From a virus (taxonomy: Duplodnaviria; Caudoviricetes): a DNA stretch of 36,362 nucleotides. How positions within the stretch are numbered: position 1 is the stretch's first letter; every line of letters starts with the position of its first letter. The stretch lies in the IMG/VR virus record IMGVR_UViG_3300046778_000227, positions 1 through 36,362 of that record; one strand, given 5' to 3'. This document shows positions 35,960 through 36,362 of the stretch, one piece after another. The notes beneath the pieces are model-generated. The model searched no databases. It was not told the DNA's origin and saw only the letters and a program-made list of their open reading frames with translations. Made by a program: the position numbers and the translations under genes.

Positions 35960-36362
35960 ATGTATTGCACCGAAGCCGATTTAATTCGATTGTTTGGATT
36001 GTCTGAGATTGAGAGTTTGTCTCAGCTCGACTATCCCGGTAACCCCGCGATCGACACGGTGCGAGTGGATGCAGCCTGCGACTATGCAGCCCAAGAAATT
36101 GATTGCTATTTAGCGTTGCGTTATGCGTTGCCGATCGCATCAGTGCCGATGGTGCTGACTAACAAAGCCGCCGATATTGCTCGTTATCAGCTAGAGCATA
36201 ATGACCCTCGCGAGGACGTGCGAAAACGCTACGAAGACGCGATCGTCTGGCTCAAGTTCGTAGCAGCCGGAAAGATTGGTCTAGGGCTAAATCCGATCGG
36301 TGAGGAAGTGGAAAGTGACAGTCCCACCTACTCCGTCGCCGCCTTGCACCCGGAGCCTATAT
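35960..36362 (+). CDS. Mu gp36-like (DUF1320) protein, 5' part plus overlap
   Basis: MYCTEADLIRLFGLSEIESLSQLD... after GGAG; open to the window end. Confidence 0.85.
   Translation, partial: MYCTEADLIRLFGLSEIESLSQLDYPGNPAIDTVRVDAACDYAAQEIDCYLALRYALPIASVPMVLTNKAADIARYQLEHNDPREDVRKRYEDAIVWLKFVAAGKIGLGLNPIGEEVESDSPTYSVAALHPEPI
36064..36362 (+). repeat. Terminal direct repeat (circular assembly overlap), copy 2
   Basis: Matches 1-299. Confidence 0.95.

Noticed and set aside
36064-36362. Biological terminal repeat or gene duplication
   Set aside because: It falls mid-gene and restores gp36 on circularisation, as expected of an assembly overlap; the 3 mismatches point to error or heterogeneity

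Overview
The window is a complete circular (or circularly assembled) 36,063-bp temperate phage genome; bases 36064-36362 repeat 1-299. The host is almost certainly a cyanobacterium, given the pervasive CGATCG/GCGATCGC HIP1 sites and a cyanobacterial-type tRNA-Pro(GGG) attP. The head and neck genes are Mu-like (gp28-type terminase, DUF935 portal, MuF, gpG, protease, capsid, gp36, gp37, Mor-type activator) and the tail has a long tape measure and no sheath. There is no Mu transposase. Instead it carries a DUF3854-type primase/ATPase with a large palindromic iteron origin, and an intact-looking attP beside an internally deleted tyrosine integrase and a probably broken excisionase, so it may persist as a plasmid. 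The most unusual features are: (i) six dispersed 45-46-bp palindromes, TTTGCGGGGCAT-N21/22-ATGCCCCGCAAA, mostly just after stop codons at module borders; (ii) a leftward operon of membrane and coiled-coil proteins, a membrane-anchored FtsK/HerA-like ATPase and an HNH protein, with twin operators, in a genome with no recognisable lysis genes; (iii) both portal and MuF carry C-terminal GNAT-like cargo domains, each followed by a small putative immunity ORF, with the normal portal C-terminus displaced into a separate gene. Several 1-2-nt frameshifts in simple repeats suggest residual sequencing error. All family calls come from motif recognition by eye, not database searches.
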